Assembly (NCBI RefSeq): GCF_004010195.1
Contig: NC_057718.1
Location: 89,992,837-90,056,836, forward strand
Reading direction: 5' to 3'
Origin: Chiloscyllium plagiosum
Lineage: Eukaryota
DNA: 64,000 bases
The translations under genes were made by a program, and so were the position numbers. Under the pieces are notes generated by a model, which was not told where the DNA came from, searched no databases, and worked only from the letters and a program-made list of their open reading frames with translations. Below, piece by piece: positions 50,980 through 64,000 of this stretch; position 1 is the first letter of the stretch, and each line of letters starts with the position of its first letter.

Positions 50980-53890
50980 ACTAAGGTAGAAGCCTGTGCT
51001 ATTGAGGGCAAGTTATTGACATGGCTGGGAAATTGGTTGAGTGGCAGATAACAGAAAGTAGGGGTAATGGGTAGGTACTCAAATTCACAGGATGTGACCA
51101 ATGGTGTCCCACAAGGATCTATGTTAGGGCCTCAATTATTCACATTATTTATTAACTTCCTGGATAATGGCATAGAAAGTCATATTTTCAAATTTGATGA
51201 TGAAACAATGTTAGGTAGTTTTGAAGACAGTGTAGATAATATCGTAAAGATACAAAGGGACATTGATAGACCAGGTGAATGGGCAAAACTGTGGCAGATG
51301 GAGTTGAATGTAAGCAAGTGGGAGGTTATTCATTTTGGACCAATAAAGGATGGATCAGGATACGTTCTATGTATCCTGTACGAAGTATGAAGTTAAATAC
51401 AGTGAATGTCCAAAGAGACTTGGGGGTTCAAGAGTATGGACCTTTAAAATGCTACAAACAGATGCAGAAAGTAATCAAAAAGGCTAATGGAATGTTGCCT
51501 CTTATGTCGAGAAAATTGAAGTATAAGGATGCAGAAGTTATGTTGCAGTTGGAATCCACTTGGGAGTATTTTAAGCAGACCTGGGCACTATACCTTAGGA
51601 AGGATACACTGGTCTTGGAGAGAGTACAATGCAGATTTACAAGAATGGTACCCGGACCTCAGGGGTTAAGTTAAACGGGGAAATTAGGTCTGTTTTCTGT
51701 TGAAATTAGATATTAAAGGATGACCTGATTGAAGTTTTCAAGATATTAACAGGAGAAGATGGGCTGGATAAAGAAAAACTATTTCCACAGGTTGTGGATT
51801 CCAGAACTCGGGAGCATTGTCTGAGAATTAGGGCCAAACCATTCCTGAGAGGTGTTAGGAAGTAATTCTACACACAAAGGGTGCTAGGGCTTTGGAACTC
51901 TCACAAATGGCAGCTGATGCTAGATCAATTGTTAATTTTAAATCTGAACTTTTTTTTGTTAAGGTGAAGTATTAAGGGTTTGGAGTTAGACCACAAATCC
52001 ATTATGATCTCATTGAATAGTGTAACAGGCTGGAGGAGCAGAATGGCCTACTCCTGTTCCTTCAGGAGGAAATCGATCACGAAAGTAAATTGGTAAGAAA
52101 TGTGAAAACAGCAAAACCTTCTGTGGGAATATAAAAAGAAAGGGTGTAGCTGAAGTGAGTGTGATGGAGGATGTAGTAAAGGGAAATTGATAAAGGGGAG
52201 CGGAGAAATGGCAGATAATTTAAATCAATACATCATATTTTATGGTGGTGGATACTATAAACCATCCCAAAGATAAGCAAGGTGCTAATGGGAGGAAAGA
52301 TCTCGTAACAGTCTCTATCACAAGGGACAAAGTATTTGACAAACTAATAATCTAAAGATGTGCAGGCTTGGTGGATTAGCCATGCTAAATTGTCTGGTGC
52401 ATTAGTCAGGGGAAATGTAGTGAAATAAGGGAATGGATCAGTGTGGGTTACTCTTTGGAGGGTTGGTGTGGTCCTGCTGGGCTGAAGGCCACACTGCAGG
52501 AATTCTAATAGGAGTATAGGCAGGCAACTCACCAGGACCTGATGATCTGCATTCAATTTTTTTTTAAATTAAGTTGCTGCAGAAATCGTGTTGGCATTGG
52601 CTGAAATATTCCAGAACTCACTGGATTCTGGGAGGGTTCCATCAGTTTTGAAAACAATGTGATGTCCCCTTGTTCAAGATGGGAGGGAAACAGGAAAAAT
52701 GTCAGAATCTATTATTAAGGAAGAAATTGCAGGGCATTTAGAAAATAAGTCAAGATGATTTTGTGAAAGGGAAATCATGTTCGACAAGCTTTGCTTGAGT
52801 TCTCTAAGTTCTACATAACAAGGAGAACTGATAAAATGGAACTGGTAGGTATAGATAATTTGGATTTCCAAACAGCATTTGAAAAGGTGCCACATAAAAG
52901 TCTTGCATGAGGCAGGAACTCACAGTGTTGGGGGTAATGTATTAGCACAGAGTGTGGTTTGGTTAACACACAGAAGACAAAGAGTTGGGATTAATGATCT
53001 ATTTTCAGGTTGGAAAGATGTAATGATGGAATGCCAAAATGATCAGTCTGAGCATTTTGATTAATCACCCTCTGTGTTAATAACTTGGAGGAGTGGAAGA
53101 GTATAAAGTGTCCAAATTCAGTGACAATACTGTCATGAGGATAGAGAGGATATAGAAATCTGCAAGGTGGCAAAGACAGGTTGAATGAGTGGGCAAAGGT
53201 TGGCAGGTGGAGTTCGGTGAAGTCAAGTGTGAGGTTGGAAGAATCAAAATGGCAATACTCCAAAAAAATTGTAGCAAGAGGGATTTGGGTTCCTGTTCAT
53301 GAAACACAAATTGTGAGGATGCAGGAACCACATATAATTAAGAAGGCAAATGGAATTTTGGCCTTTATTGTTAAGCGGTTTGCGTTTAAAAATAGGGTAG
53401 TCTTGCTACAACTGTACAGGGTGTTGGGGAATCCCCCTCTGGAGTAGTGTGTATAGTTTTTGTCTCTGTATTTGAGAAAGGATATACTGGCACTGAAGGC
53501 TGTTCAAAAGAGATTCCCTCGGCTTCTTCAGGACTTATCAGGAAAAATTAAAGACAAAAAAAACTGCAGATGCTGGAATCCAAGGTAGCCAAGCAGGAGG
53601 CTGGGGGAACACAGCAAGCCAGGCAATATCAGGAGGTGGAGAAGTCAACGTTTCGGTTGTAACCCTTCCTCAGGACCTGAAACATTAAATTCTTCATCTC
53701 CTGATGCTGCCTGGCTTGCCGTGTTCTCCCAGCCTCTGACTTATTAAGAATGGCTAAACAGGTTAAGCCTTTATTGATTAGGTTTTAGAAGAATGAGGGA
53801 TAATCTTATTGAAGCATACAAAGTTCTGAGGGAGTTTTACGGGTATATGTTGAGATGATGTTTCCTCTACTATGGTAATCTCAAACTATG
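50980..53890 (+). mobile_element. two successive degenerate CR1 remnants with SINE and PLE inserts
   Basis: GVPQGSMLGPQLF, FKFDDET, KKANGILAFI; PLE palindrome at about 53560-53742; SINE piece at about 52356-52510. Confidence 0.8.
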
Positions 53891-53907
53891 GAAAGTTAAA
53901 TCTGAAA

Positions 53908-54955
53908 TAGAGTCAAACAGCACAGAAACAGACCCTTTGGTGCAACCAGTCCATGCCGACCATGATCCCAAACTAAACTCGTCCCATTTGCCAGTGCTTG
54001 TCCCATATCACTCCAAACCTTTCCTATTCATGAAGTTATCCAAATGTCTTTTAACATTGTAACTGTACTTGCATCCACCACTTCCTCCGGCAGTTCATTC
54101 CACACATGAACCACTCTCGTGTAAAAAAAGTTATTTCTTGTGTCCTTTTTAAATCTTTCTCCTTTCATTTTAAAAATATAGCCCCTAGATTTGAACTCCC
54201 CAACTTTAGGGAAAAGGTCATTTTCATTCACCTTATCTACGCCCCTCATGATTTTATAAAACTCTATAATGTCATCCCTCAACTTCCTGCACTTCAATGA
54301 CAAAAGTTCCAGCCTTCCTAGTCCATTTTTATATCACAAGCCCTCCATTCCCAGCAACATCCTGGTAAATCTCTTCTGAACCCCCTCCAGTTTATTAATA
54401 TCCTTCCAATAACAGAGACCAGAACTGGACACAGTATTCCAGAACAGGCCTCACTAACATCCTGTACAATCTCAACATGATGCCCCAACTCCTGTACTCA
54501 AAGATCTGCGCAAGTGTGCTAAATGCCTTCTGAACCATCCTGTCTACATGTGACACAAACTTCAAAGAATTATGTACCTGAACCTCTAGGTCTCTCTATT
54601 CTCGAACACTACCCGGGGCCCAACCATTAACTGTATGAGCCCTGCCCTTGTTTGTATTAACAAAATGCAGCACCTTGCATTTATCCAAGTTAAACTCCTC
54701 AACTCATTGATTCAATTGCTCAAGACGCTCATAGATAACCATCTTCACTGTCCACTACATCACTAATTTTGGTGTCATCTGCAAACTTACTAACCATGCC
54801 TCCTATACAATCATTTGTGTAAATGACAAACAAGGGTGGACCCAGTATCGATTCCTGTGGAACACCGTTGGTGTTCCAGTCTGAGAAACAACCCTCCACC
54901 ACGCCCCTCTGTCTCCGATCATAAAGCCAATTCTGTGTCCAATTCACAAGCTCAT
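53908..54955 (-). mobile_element. CR1 3' portion (antisense)
   Basis: Minus ORFs 54028-54303 and 54729-55088 (SKFADDTKI). Confidence 0.9.
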
Positions 54956-56264
54956 GATAGATTAGAAAGATCGAACCACAAAGCTTTTTACCTGTGAAAC
55001 CAGAAGACAGAACTGCAGCTAAGTCATAACAAATGAAAACAGGAGATACATCAGAGATCTGTTGTAGCATGATTCCAGTTACTTTCAAACTTCAATGGCA
55101 GATATACTGTGAAAACATTTCATTGGAAACAACTTTGATAGTCAATTTGGAAATGTATGTGTAAGTATATAAGGTGTGGTAAGAGTAGGAAATAAGTGTA
55201 GCAAAAAAGAAAATCTAAACATAAATGCTTATTGATTCAGGAGTGTCAGTGTAGAACAGTACATAATTAATTTCAAATGCCCCAATTCCTGTTTTGCTAT
55301 TTATTCATTGGATGTGGGCATCTCTGGCTGGGCCAACCTTTATTGCCTATTCCTCGATGCATCCCTTGAGTGAATAAAGAAACAATGCGGGAATTTTGAT
55401 TCCACATGAGCTAGTATCTGCCCAGTGTATTTTACAATTGCATATTGAATTTGCTGCCTGCAGACCTTCCTTGAAGTCAGCAATATAACTACAATTTGCA
55501 TGTGTACAGACATAAAGTAATGCTATGACTCTTTGACTCTATAGTATTGCAAAGTAACGCAGAATGAAAAATAAAATCAGCTGGTTCTACAATTTAATGT
55601 AAGCAACAGCCAAGTACCTTTGAGCATCTCATCTCTAAACATTGCAATTATGGCTTCAACTTTAGAAGCTGCAAATACTTATTAATTGTTTACTTGAATT
55701 GTGAAGAAACACAGTATTAGCATTCAATCAGTATCTTGACAAATAATGTTTTCCAATTCCAACAAAACCAAACAAGTTATTTCACTGGTTTATGGATTCT
55801 TGCAATTGAACTATCAAACAAGAGTTACTGCTCCTGATATGAACATCTGTCATCGTAATGATTTTATAGTACAGTTGAAGGTGTGCAAGGTGAATGCAAA
55901 TTTCTTTCATTTAGAGATAAGGTTGGAGGCACTGAGGGAGGAACTTACAGGTAAGGAGTTCAGGTGATAGAGATAGATCTATGAGAATTTTGGAATATAT
56001 GTGGAAAGACAGCAGTTGTTTCAAGGGTCTCAGATGTAAAGGCGAGATGTTCTTTGCATTTCGTTAAAAATCACACAAAACTGGTTATAGTCCAACAGGT
56101 TTAATTGGAAGCACTAGCTTTCCCAGTGCTGCATCAGGTGGTTGTGGAGAAGACCAAAAGACACAGAATTTACAGCAAAAGGCATTTAGTGAACCAGATG
56201 GGGCTTCCCCCAAAGCAATCACCTCATGGCCACTATTAGACTTTAATAACGCATGTTTCTCATG

Positions 56265-57766
56265 CGTATGTGAGAAACATGAGAATGACGAGAACGAGGG
56301 TAGGTCCGATCAAGGACAGTAGTGGGAGACTGTGTATTGAGTCGGAAGAGATAGGAGAGGTCTTGAATGAGTACTTTTCTTCAGTATTTACAAATGAGAG
56401 GAACCGTATTATTGAAGAGGAGAGTGTGAAACGGACTGGTAAGCGAAGAGGAGATACTTGTTAGGAAGGAAGATGTGTTGGGCATTTTGAAAAACTTGAG
56501 GATAGACAAGTCCCCCGGGCCTGACGGGATATATCCTAGGATTATGTGGGAAGCAAGAGAGGAAATGGCAGAGCCGTTGGCAATGATCTTTTCGTCTTCA
56601 CTGTCAACGGGGGTGGTACCAGGGGACTAGAGAGTNNNNNNNNNNNNNNNNNNNNNNNNNNNNNNNNNNNNNNNNNNNNNNNNNNNNNNNNNNNNNNNNN
56701 NNNNNNNNNNNNNNNNNNNNNNNNNNNNNNNNNNNNNNNNNNNNNNNNNNNNNNNNNNNNNNNNNNNNNNNNNNNNNNNNNNNNNNNNNNNNNNNNNNNN
56801 NNNNNNNNNNNNNNNNNNNNNNNNNNNNNNNNNNNNNNNNNNNNNNNNNNNNNNNNNNNNNNNNNNNNNNNNNNNNNNNNNNNNNNNNNNNNNNNNNNNN
56901 NNNNNNNNNNNNNNNNNNNNNNNNNNNNNNNNNNNNNNNNNNNNNNNNNNNNNNNNNNNNNNNNNNNNNNNNNNNNNNNNNNNNNNNNNNNNNNNNNNNN
57001 NNNNNNNNNNNNNNNNNNNNNNNNNNNNNNNNNNNNNNNNNNNNNNNNNNNNNNNNNNNNNNNNNNNNNNNNNNNNNNNNNNNNNNNNNNNNNNNNNNNN
57101 NNNNNNNNNNNNNNNNNNNNNTCAATATCTTTGAAAGTTGCCACTCAGGTGGATAGAGCTTGTAAGAAGGCCTATGGTGTATTAGCGTTCATTAGCAGAG
57201 GGATTGAATTCAAGAGTCGTGAAGTGATGTTGCAGCTGTACAGGACTTTGGTTAGGTCACATTTGGAGTACTGTGTGCAGTTCTGTTCGCCTTATTTTAG
57301 GAAAGATGTGGAAGCTTTGGAGAGGGTGCAGAGAAGATTTACCAGGATGTTGCCTGGAATGGAGAATAGGTCGTACGAGGATAGGTTGAGAGTGCTAGGC
57401 CTTTTCTCGTTGGAACGGCAAAGGATGAGGGGTGACTTGATAGAGGTTTATAAGATGATCAGAGGAATAGATAGAGTAGACAGTCAGAAACTTTTTCCCT
57501 GGGTGCAACAGAGTGTTACAAGGGGACATAAATTTAAGGTGAAGGTTGGAAGGTATAGTGGAGATGTCAGGGGTGGGTTCTTTACCCAGAGAGTGGTGGG
57601 GGCATGGAATGCGCTGCCTGTGGGAGTGGTAGAGTCAGAATCATTGATGACTTTTAAGCGGCAATTGGATAGGTACATGGATGGGTGCTTAAGCTAGGAC
57701 AAATGTTCGGCACAACATCATGGGCCGAAGGGCCTGTTCTGTGCTGTATTGTTCTATGTTCTATGT
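56265..57766 (+). mobile_element. young CR1 LINE spanning an N gap
   Basis: GEVLNEYFSSVFT before the gap, open ORF2 C-terminus after it, (TTCTATG)n tail. Confidence 0.95.
56636..57121. other. assembly gap (N run)
   Basis: Run of N. Confidence 1.
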
Positions 57767-58529
57767 TTAATTCCAGATGTTTATTGAAATCAAAGTGCAC
57801 CATCCACCATAATGGGATTTGAATCCAGGTCCCCAGCACATTACCTACATCAATAGCCCAGCAACAATACCACTGGGCCATCACCTCCCCTTTCTGTAAA
57901 GGAAAATAAAACTGGGAATGTCTTTACTTTTTTTCAGTTTGTTTTGGGGGTAACAGTAATATGTGGATTAGGGATGTGCCTGATGTGAAGAAATTTCTTC
58001 TCTGGGAAGGTAGTGACTATCTGGATTTCTGTACGCGTTGTGGAGGCTAGCTCACCAAAAGTTATTTAAAGAGGAGGGAGACAGATTGCTTTGAAATATC
58101 AAGGATACCGTTCGAAAATTCTGAACCATTGAAGTCTGGGAGGAGCTGGCACAGATGGGGAGTTGAGGCCTGGGACAGATGAGCCATGATCTTATAGAAT
58201 GGATTGAGGGGTACTCCTTGCTCCAATTCCTTTTGCTCTGTAAACATCCTTGCTCTTGTAGGTACATGTAGAAGGTGAGAGAGAGAGATAGACAGAGAGA
58301 GGTGAGCCCCTGCTCCAGTATATCCCTGGGTTAATATTTGGTTAAATTGCCCTCTTAAGTGTGCAGCTCTGCTTCTGTCCTGTAGGGGAATCACTGCGTT
58401 GCCTTTGAACAGTCTATTCCCCTCTCTGTCTGCCTGTGACTGCATCAAGACAGATATATTTATATATATATATAAATATAAAAACCTCCGGCTTCTAGTT
58501 ACCGCCTGGAAACACTCTTGTTGAACACC

Positions 58530-58572
58530 ATGAAGGCCATTATTCAGAGAGTGGCTAAGGCTAGTGTCACAG
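58530..58572 (+). CDS. DTD1: D-aminoacyl-tRNA deacylase 1, first coding exon (43 nt)
   Basis: CACCATG Kozak context; MKAIIQRVAKASVT(V) matches the DTD1 N-terminus MKAVVQRVTRASVTV; donor AG|GTCAGT, phase 1; lies downstream of SMIM26. Too short to appear in the ORF track. Confidence 0.9.
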
Positions 58573-60489
58573 GTCAGTCTGCATTCGTGTGACTTTTATT
58601 TGGGGAGTAGAGGGAGGTGGCGGCGAGTGGGGTTTTGTTTTTGTGTGTATGTGTGTGTGTTAGCATTATTAATTCATAGGGTGCTGTCACAAAGCAGAGG
58701 CCGGGTCCGGGTGCTGGGAGCTGGGAGGTGGATTCGGAATGGTCCGCTGTGGGTTACACTGAAGCGTTACATAGTAGCAACTGCACAAAGCAGACAGCTC
58801 CGCTACATGTCAAGCGCAGCGATGTCCCTTCCGCGTTCGAGAGGGAGAGCCTCTGTCTCTTCCGGCTGAGCCTGTATTTACAAACTGCAGCCTACACACC
58901 CACATACACACACAGAGGGAGAGAAACAGACACCTTATGTCTGGCACCTATTGTTCATCAGCATCAGCTCCAACAACACACTCTCACAGCCCCTCTCTCT
59001 CCAACAACACACTCTCAGACAGCACAGCCCCTCTCTCGCTGTATGATCAGAAACGTGCTCCTTTAGCAATCATGGATGCATTTATATTCATTTCCCCACT
59101 CTGCCTGTTTCAGGGATGTTACTGCACACCACCTCCAGGATTTGGACCCAGGTCTTTTCCAGCACCACTCTTATCTAGACTCTCCTCGGTCAGAGACAGG
59201 GGACATTACCACTGCACCTACTTCTACGGTTGAATGGGGATATCTGCTTTCCAGTAGCACCTTCCCTCCCCGCCCCCCCCCCCCCCCAAACAAATTGGGG
59301 TGTGCGACAAGCTTTTCCAGACATTTTTTCTTAATATCTTGACCCATCCCACTCTGCTCTCCTCAGACATTATCAGATGAACCACAGCCAACACCTCACC
59401 CACATTTTAGTTTTCAGTCGCTGGAATTTATTTGGAAAAAATTAGCCACGTTGAGTCAGAAGAAAATGATCAGTGACAAAATTTCCAGGAAACAGTACTC
59501 AAGGCCTTTGGGTGGGGGTGTAGGGGCGGAAAACAAAGAGACTTGCATTTGTATAGCCACCTCTCATGCCCACAGGGTGTCCCAATGCTCCCTGCGGCCA
59601 GTGAGGCACTTTTGCGACAGAGTCACTGTTGTAATGTAGCAAACGTGGCAGTCAGTTTGGGCACTGCAAGCTCCCACAGACAGCGGAATGGTACACTGTC
59701 CTGGCTGGCACCCACTTTGGCTATCCGAGTTGGTTCTGTTTTCATCTCATGGCATTTAGAAAACAGAGGTTGATAGTTCACACTGTCTAGACTGCCAGTG
59801 TGTACACAAGACAATTTGTGGGATCAAACCTTCCTCTGTTGGTGTGTGTGTGTATATAACAATAAGAATGACATGATTTTAAATCAAGATGCAGTATGGG
59901 CCGGGCGTTGGCAGGTGGGACTAGATTGGGTTGGGATATCTGGTTGGCATGGACAGGTTAGAGCGAAGGGTCTGTTTCCGTGCTGTACATCTCTATGACT
60001 CTATCTGAAGGATTTAAATACAAAGCATGATATTGACCTTTATGGTGAATGAGAAATCTTGTCCTTAATAAGATTCCGCCCTTGAGGTTATTTGGTCTAC
60101 AATGTAGATTTTACTGGACTGTTGGGATTTCGTGACAATCAAAGTACTCTGGATGCTGGAAATCTGAAATAAAATGTGACAGGTCTGGAGAGATGAACTG
60201 AGTTGAATTTTCGAATTGACCATGATACATTCAGAACTGAGATGTCACCACCTCACCACTCTTTGCAGTGTCTGGTGTCAATCAGTTATTGGTCTTGCTG
60301 GGGATGAAGGCGTCCTGGTGAAAGAGAGATCCTGTGAGCGAGGTGGTAATGAGGGTGAGGTTTGTGGTCATGGGATTGCTGGTGATGTTTGGGTCTAGTG
60401 CATTAACCAGAGGAAGAGTTACAAAACATGACGATGAGGAATCTGGATGTTTTCCCAATTGGTTGCACTGGAGATGCTCTTAACTATAG

Positions 60490-60725
60490 AACTACGAGAG
60501 TGCAGAAGCAGACAGTTTTACCCATTGAGTCCACACCAACCCTCCGAAGACCACCCCACCTAGACCCACCCCCTCTTCCCTATAACCTTGCATTTCTAAT
60601 TCACCTAGACTGCACATCCTTGGAACTGTATGCAGTTTAGCATGGCCCATCTACCTAACCTGCACATCCTTCGATTGTGGGAGGAAACTGGAGCACCCAG
60701 AGGAAACCCACGCAGTCGCGGGGAG
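60490..60725 (-). mobile_element. HE1-type SINE fragment (antisense)
   Basis: TTTAGCATGGCC..CCTGCACATC..GGGAGGAAACTGGAGCACC. Confidence 0.8.
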
Positions 60726-61441
60726 TGCTTTTTCCCTCCCATATTTTCTAATTGAGATGAAACTTGAACCCTAGCCTCCTACTTCAGAGGTAGGGACATT
60801 ACCACTGCACCACTTGCACCCCTTTGATGGGGATAAGAAGTTAGAACAATGCAAGTTGGGATAAGTGCATATTTCAAAGGGAAAGAGGAGCAAGAGTGTG
60901 AAAGATTTATTGCTACACAAGAGGTCATCACGGATGGGAGTCTTGCAAATATGAAAACGGTGCCAATGTTGTAACTTACTGAAGTTCCAGGATTTCTTTA
61001 TGCTCATGCCTTATCTATGATGACAGATGTGAATTGAGAACAGGGATGAAATTGATCAGTGACAACTTGAATGCAAACTGTAAATCTAATTTTGCTAATG
61101 GTGTAGTCAACTTGGCCACAACATATTGTTATGCTGTTATAAGATAATGTGATGATAATACAATCCACTTAATTGACATTTATGCCGTAATGATTTACAC
61201 TGTAGTAATCATCTGAATTTTTAATACACCACTCAATTTTTAGTTTGATGATATGAACCATGCTGAGGTGTTAATACAATTCTGAATTGTGGACCTTGAT
61301 ATACAAACTCATAGCTTTGTCTTTCACATCAGTTATGGCCTGAGTTGATCTTGAAGCAATATTATTTGTCCTTCCCATCAATTCATAGTTGGGGCTCCCT
61401 CTGTACGGCATCATTCAGTCAAATGTGCTTGTGTTGGTGAT

Positions 61442-61474
61442 CTGAAGAAGGGCTTATACCCGAAACGTCGATTC
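61442..61474 (+). ncRNA. minimal hammerhead ribozyme motif heading a PLE 3' end (to about 61566)
   Basis: CTGAAGA-A-GGG-CTTATA-CCC-GAAA-CGTC-GATTC; stem I is weak. Confidence 0.55.
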
Positions 61475-62764
61475 TCCTGTTCCCTGGATGCTGCCTGACC
61501 TGCTGCGCTTTTCCAGCAACACATTTTCAGCTCTGATCTCCAGCATCTGCAGTCCTCACTTTCTCCATCCCGATTTGAAAGATATGTCCAGTTAAAGCAT
61601 TAGCGGCATCGTGGTAATGTTGTCACTAATCCAGAGACCAGGATTAATGTTCTGGAGATGAGCTGAAAATCCCAATGCAGTAACTGGGGGTGGGGTTCAA
61701 TTCGGTCAGTTAATAATTCTGAAATAAATTGATAGTGATCTTATTTACAGTGATCACAGATCAACCAGATTATTATTAGCAATGGACCTGGTTCACTCAT
61801 TTCCTCCCTTCAGGGAGGGAAATGTGCCTTTCTTACCTGGTCTGGCCTATACGTGACTCCATACTGACAGCAGTATGCTGACCCTTCAGTTGCCCTTTGA
61901 AATGGTCTACCAAGTCACTCGGTCCTAGGCAAACCACCTTTCCCTACTCATGGACAGTCAGGGAGGGACAGTAAATACCAGCAACACTCGCGCTCTGACC
62001 GAGACAAATTTTTAAAATGTTCCATTTGTCGGTTCTTTTCCCTGTTTCCCTAAACCACCAACAACACTTCCTCTTCAAGTACTTACACCTCTTGGAAGTT
62101 ATTATTGAATCAGCTCCCTCCCATTCTTTTATACTGGGCACCCAGGTCATTAGAAATCTGCATATTCCACCCATTCCTCCGAAAACAATCTGTGTGTCAC
62201 TGTGGGCTCTTTTGCCAAGCTCTTTCAGTCTGTGTCATCTTCCATACCTACTCTATCAAAATCCTTCATGACTCTGAACATCTTTCTCAACACTCCCTTC
62301 AATGTTCTGTGCCGTATGGACAGACAATGCCAGCTACTTCAGTCTCTCCACATAATTGAAAGCCTCCCCATAGTGTCACAGGGTGGTACAGCACAGAAAC
62401 AGAACTTTTGGTCCAACTGGTCCATACTGACCTAAATTAATCTAGTCCCATTTGCCAGCATTTGGCCCATATCCTTCCTATTCATACCGCCCAGGCCTGG
62501 GTACCATTCCAGTAAACCTTGCCCATCCTCTCCAAGATGTTGATACCCTTTGGAGTGTAGTTCTTATTCACCCTTTTACAGGACGTGGGTGTCGCTGGTA
62601 AGGCAAGGCCGGTGTTTGTTACAATCCATCGTTGCCCTGAAATTGGACTGACTTACCAGACCATTTTGGAGGGCTGTTAAGAACCAGCACATTGTTGAGG
62701 ACCTACAGTCACACTGAGGCCAGACCTGGGGTAAAGGCAGCAGGTCTTTCTCCCTAAAGGAGAG

Positions 62765-63950
62765 GAGAGTCTTACAGCATGGAAACAGACCCTTCGATCC
62801 AACCAGCCCATGCCGACCATGTTCCCGAACTAAACTAGTCTCACCCGCCTGCGTTTTGGCCACATCCCTCCAAACCTTTCCTATCCTTGTACTTATCCAA
62901 ATGTCTTTTAAACGTTGTAACTGTATCTGGATCCATTACTTCTCCTGGAGGCTTATTCCACATACAAAACACTTTGTGTAAAAATGTTGCCCTTCAAATC
63001 TTTCTCCTCTCACCTTAAAAATAGGTCCCCTAGTTTTTAACTCCCCATCCCAGGGAAAAGACACCTGCCATTCACCTTCTTTATATCCCTCAGGATTTTA
63101 TAAACCTCTAGAAGGTCACCCCTCAACCACCTACACTCCAGTTAAAGAAGTCCCAGCCGATCACCTTCTCCCTGTAATGCAAACCTTCCATTCCAGCAAC
63201 AGCCTGGTAAATCTGTTCTGAACCCTCTCCACCTTGGTAACCTTCTTCCTATTACAGGGTGATCAGAACAGCACAGAGGTCTCACCAATGTCCTGTCCAA
63301 CCTTAACATGATGTCTCAACACCTATACTCAAAGGTCTGAGCATTGAAGGCAAGCATTGTCCCATCTGACTGTGACACAAATTTCAAAGCATTATGTACC
63401 TGAACCTCTAGGCATCTCATTTCTATAACACCACCCGAGGCCCTACTTTTAATTAGAGTCATAGAGACAGAGAAATAGATCCTTCAGTCCAACTCGTCCA
63501 TGCTGACCAGATATCCTAAATTAAACTAATCCCATTTGCCAGCATTTGGCCCATATCCCTCTAAACCCTTCCTATTCATATACCCATCCAGATACCTTTT
63601 AAATGCTGTAATTGTACCAGCCTCCACCACTTCCTCTGGCAGCTCATTCCACACACGTACCACCCTCTACGTGAAAAAGTTGCCCCTTAGGTCCCTTTTA
63701 TATCTTTCCCCTCTCACTCTAAACCTATGCCCTCTAGTTCTGGACTCACCTACCCCAAGGAAAATACCTTGTCTAGTTACCCTATCTATGCTCCTCATGA
63801 TTTTATAAACCTCTATAATGTCACCCCTCAGCCTCCGATGTTCCAGGGAAAACAGCCGCAGCCTATTCATCCTCTCCCTGTAGCTTGTTTTACCAAATAC
63901 AATACCTCACATTTATCCAAATTAAACTCCATCTGTCCAGAAATCATCCC
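62765..63950 (-). mobile_element. two nested CR1 3' fragments (antisense)
   Basis: Minus ORF 63667-63870 (RRLRGDIIEVYKIM..SRTRGHRFRV); a second 3' end starts near 63456. Confidence 0.9.
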
Positions 63951-64000
63951 CAATATACCAGCTACAGTCTAATCAGTATTTCTAATATATATTTATAATA

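Noticed and set aside
56542-57697. 383-aa ORF and antisense ORFs
   Set aside because: They run through an N gap; only the CR1 C-terminal part is real.

Overview
Repeat-rich eukaryotic genomic DNA from a cartilaginous fish: HE1-type V-SINEs and HER1/CR1 LINEs dominate; the species cannot be fixed from the sequence. Three + strand spliced genes are visible. TAF5L has three coding exons (2824-2928, 10696-11420, 18972-19763); its first coding exon is not seen. SMIM26 is complete in two exons (40493-40643, 41268-41437). DTD1 contributes its first coding exon (58530-58572). The rest is CR1 LINEs, SINEs, Rex1-like and L2-like fragments, solo-LTR-like elements, Penelope-like fragments with minimal hammerhead ribozyme motifs, and a decayed hAT-Charlie transposon with nested insertions. 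There are two N gaps. Most notable: (1) three different minisatellites around the SMIM26 start, each built on a transcription-factor motif (CTCF-like, Sp1 GC box, nuclear-receptor DR1/NBRE); (2) a SINE insertion carrying a locally templated inverted copy of about 305 bp; (3) split repeats showing that the 725-nt TAF5L exon block and a 2.2-kb intronic block have swapped order; (4) a perfect 80-bp hairpin-containing tandem array in TAF5L's last intron. Repeat boundaries are approximate, and all homology calls are by eye, not by database search.
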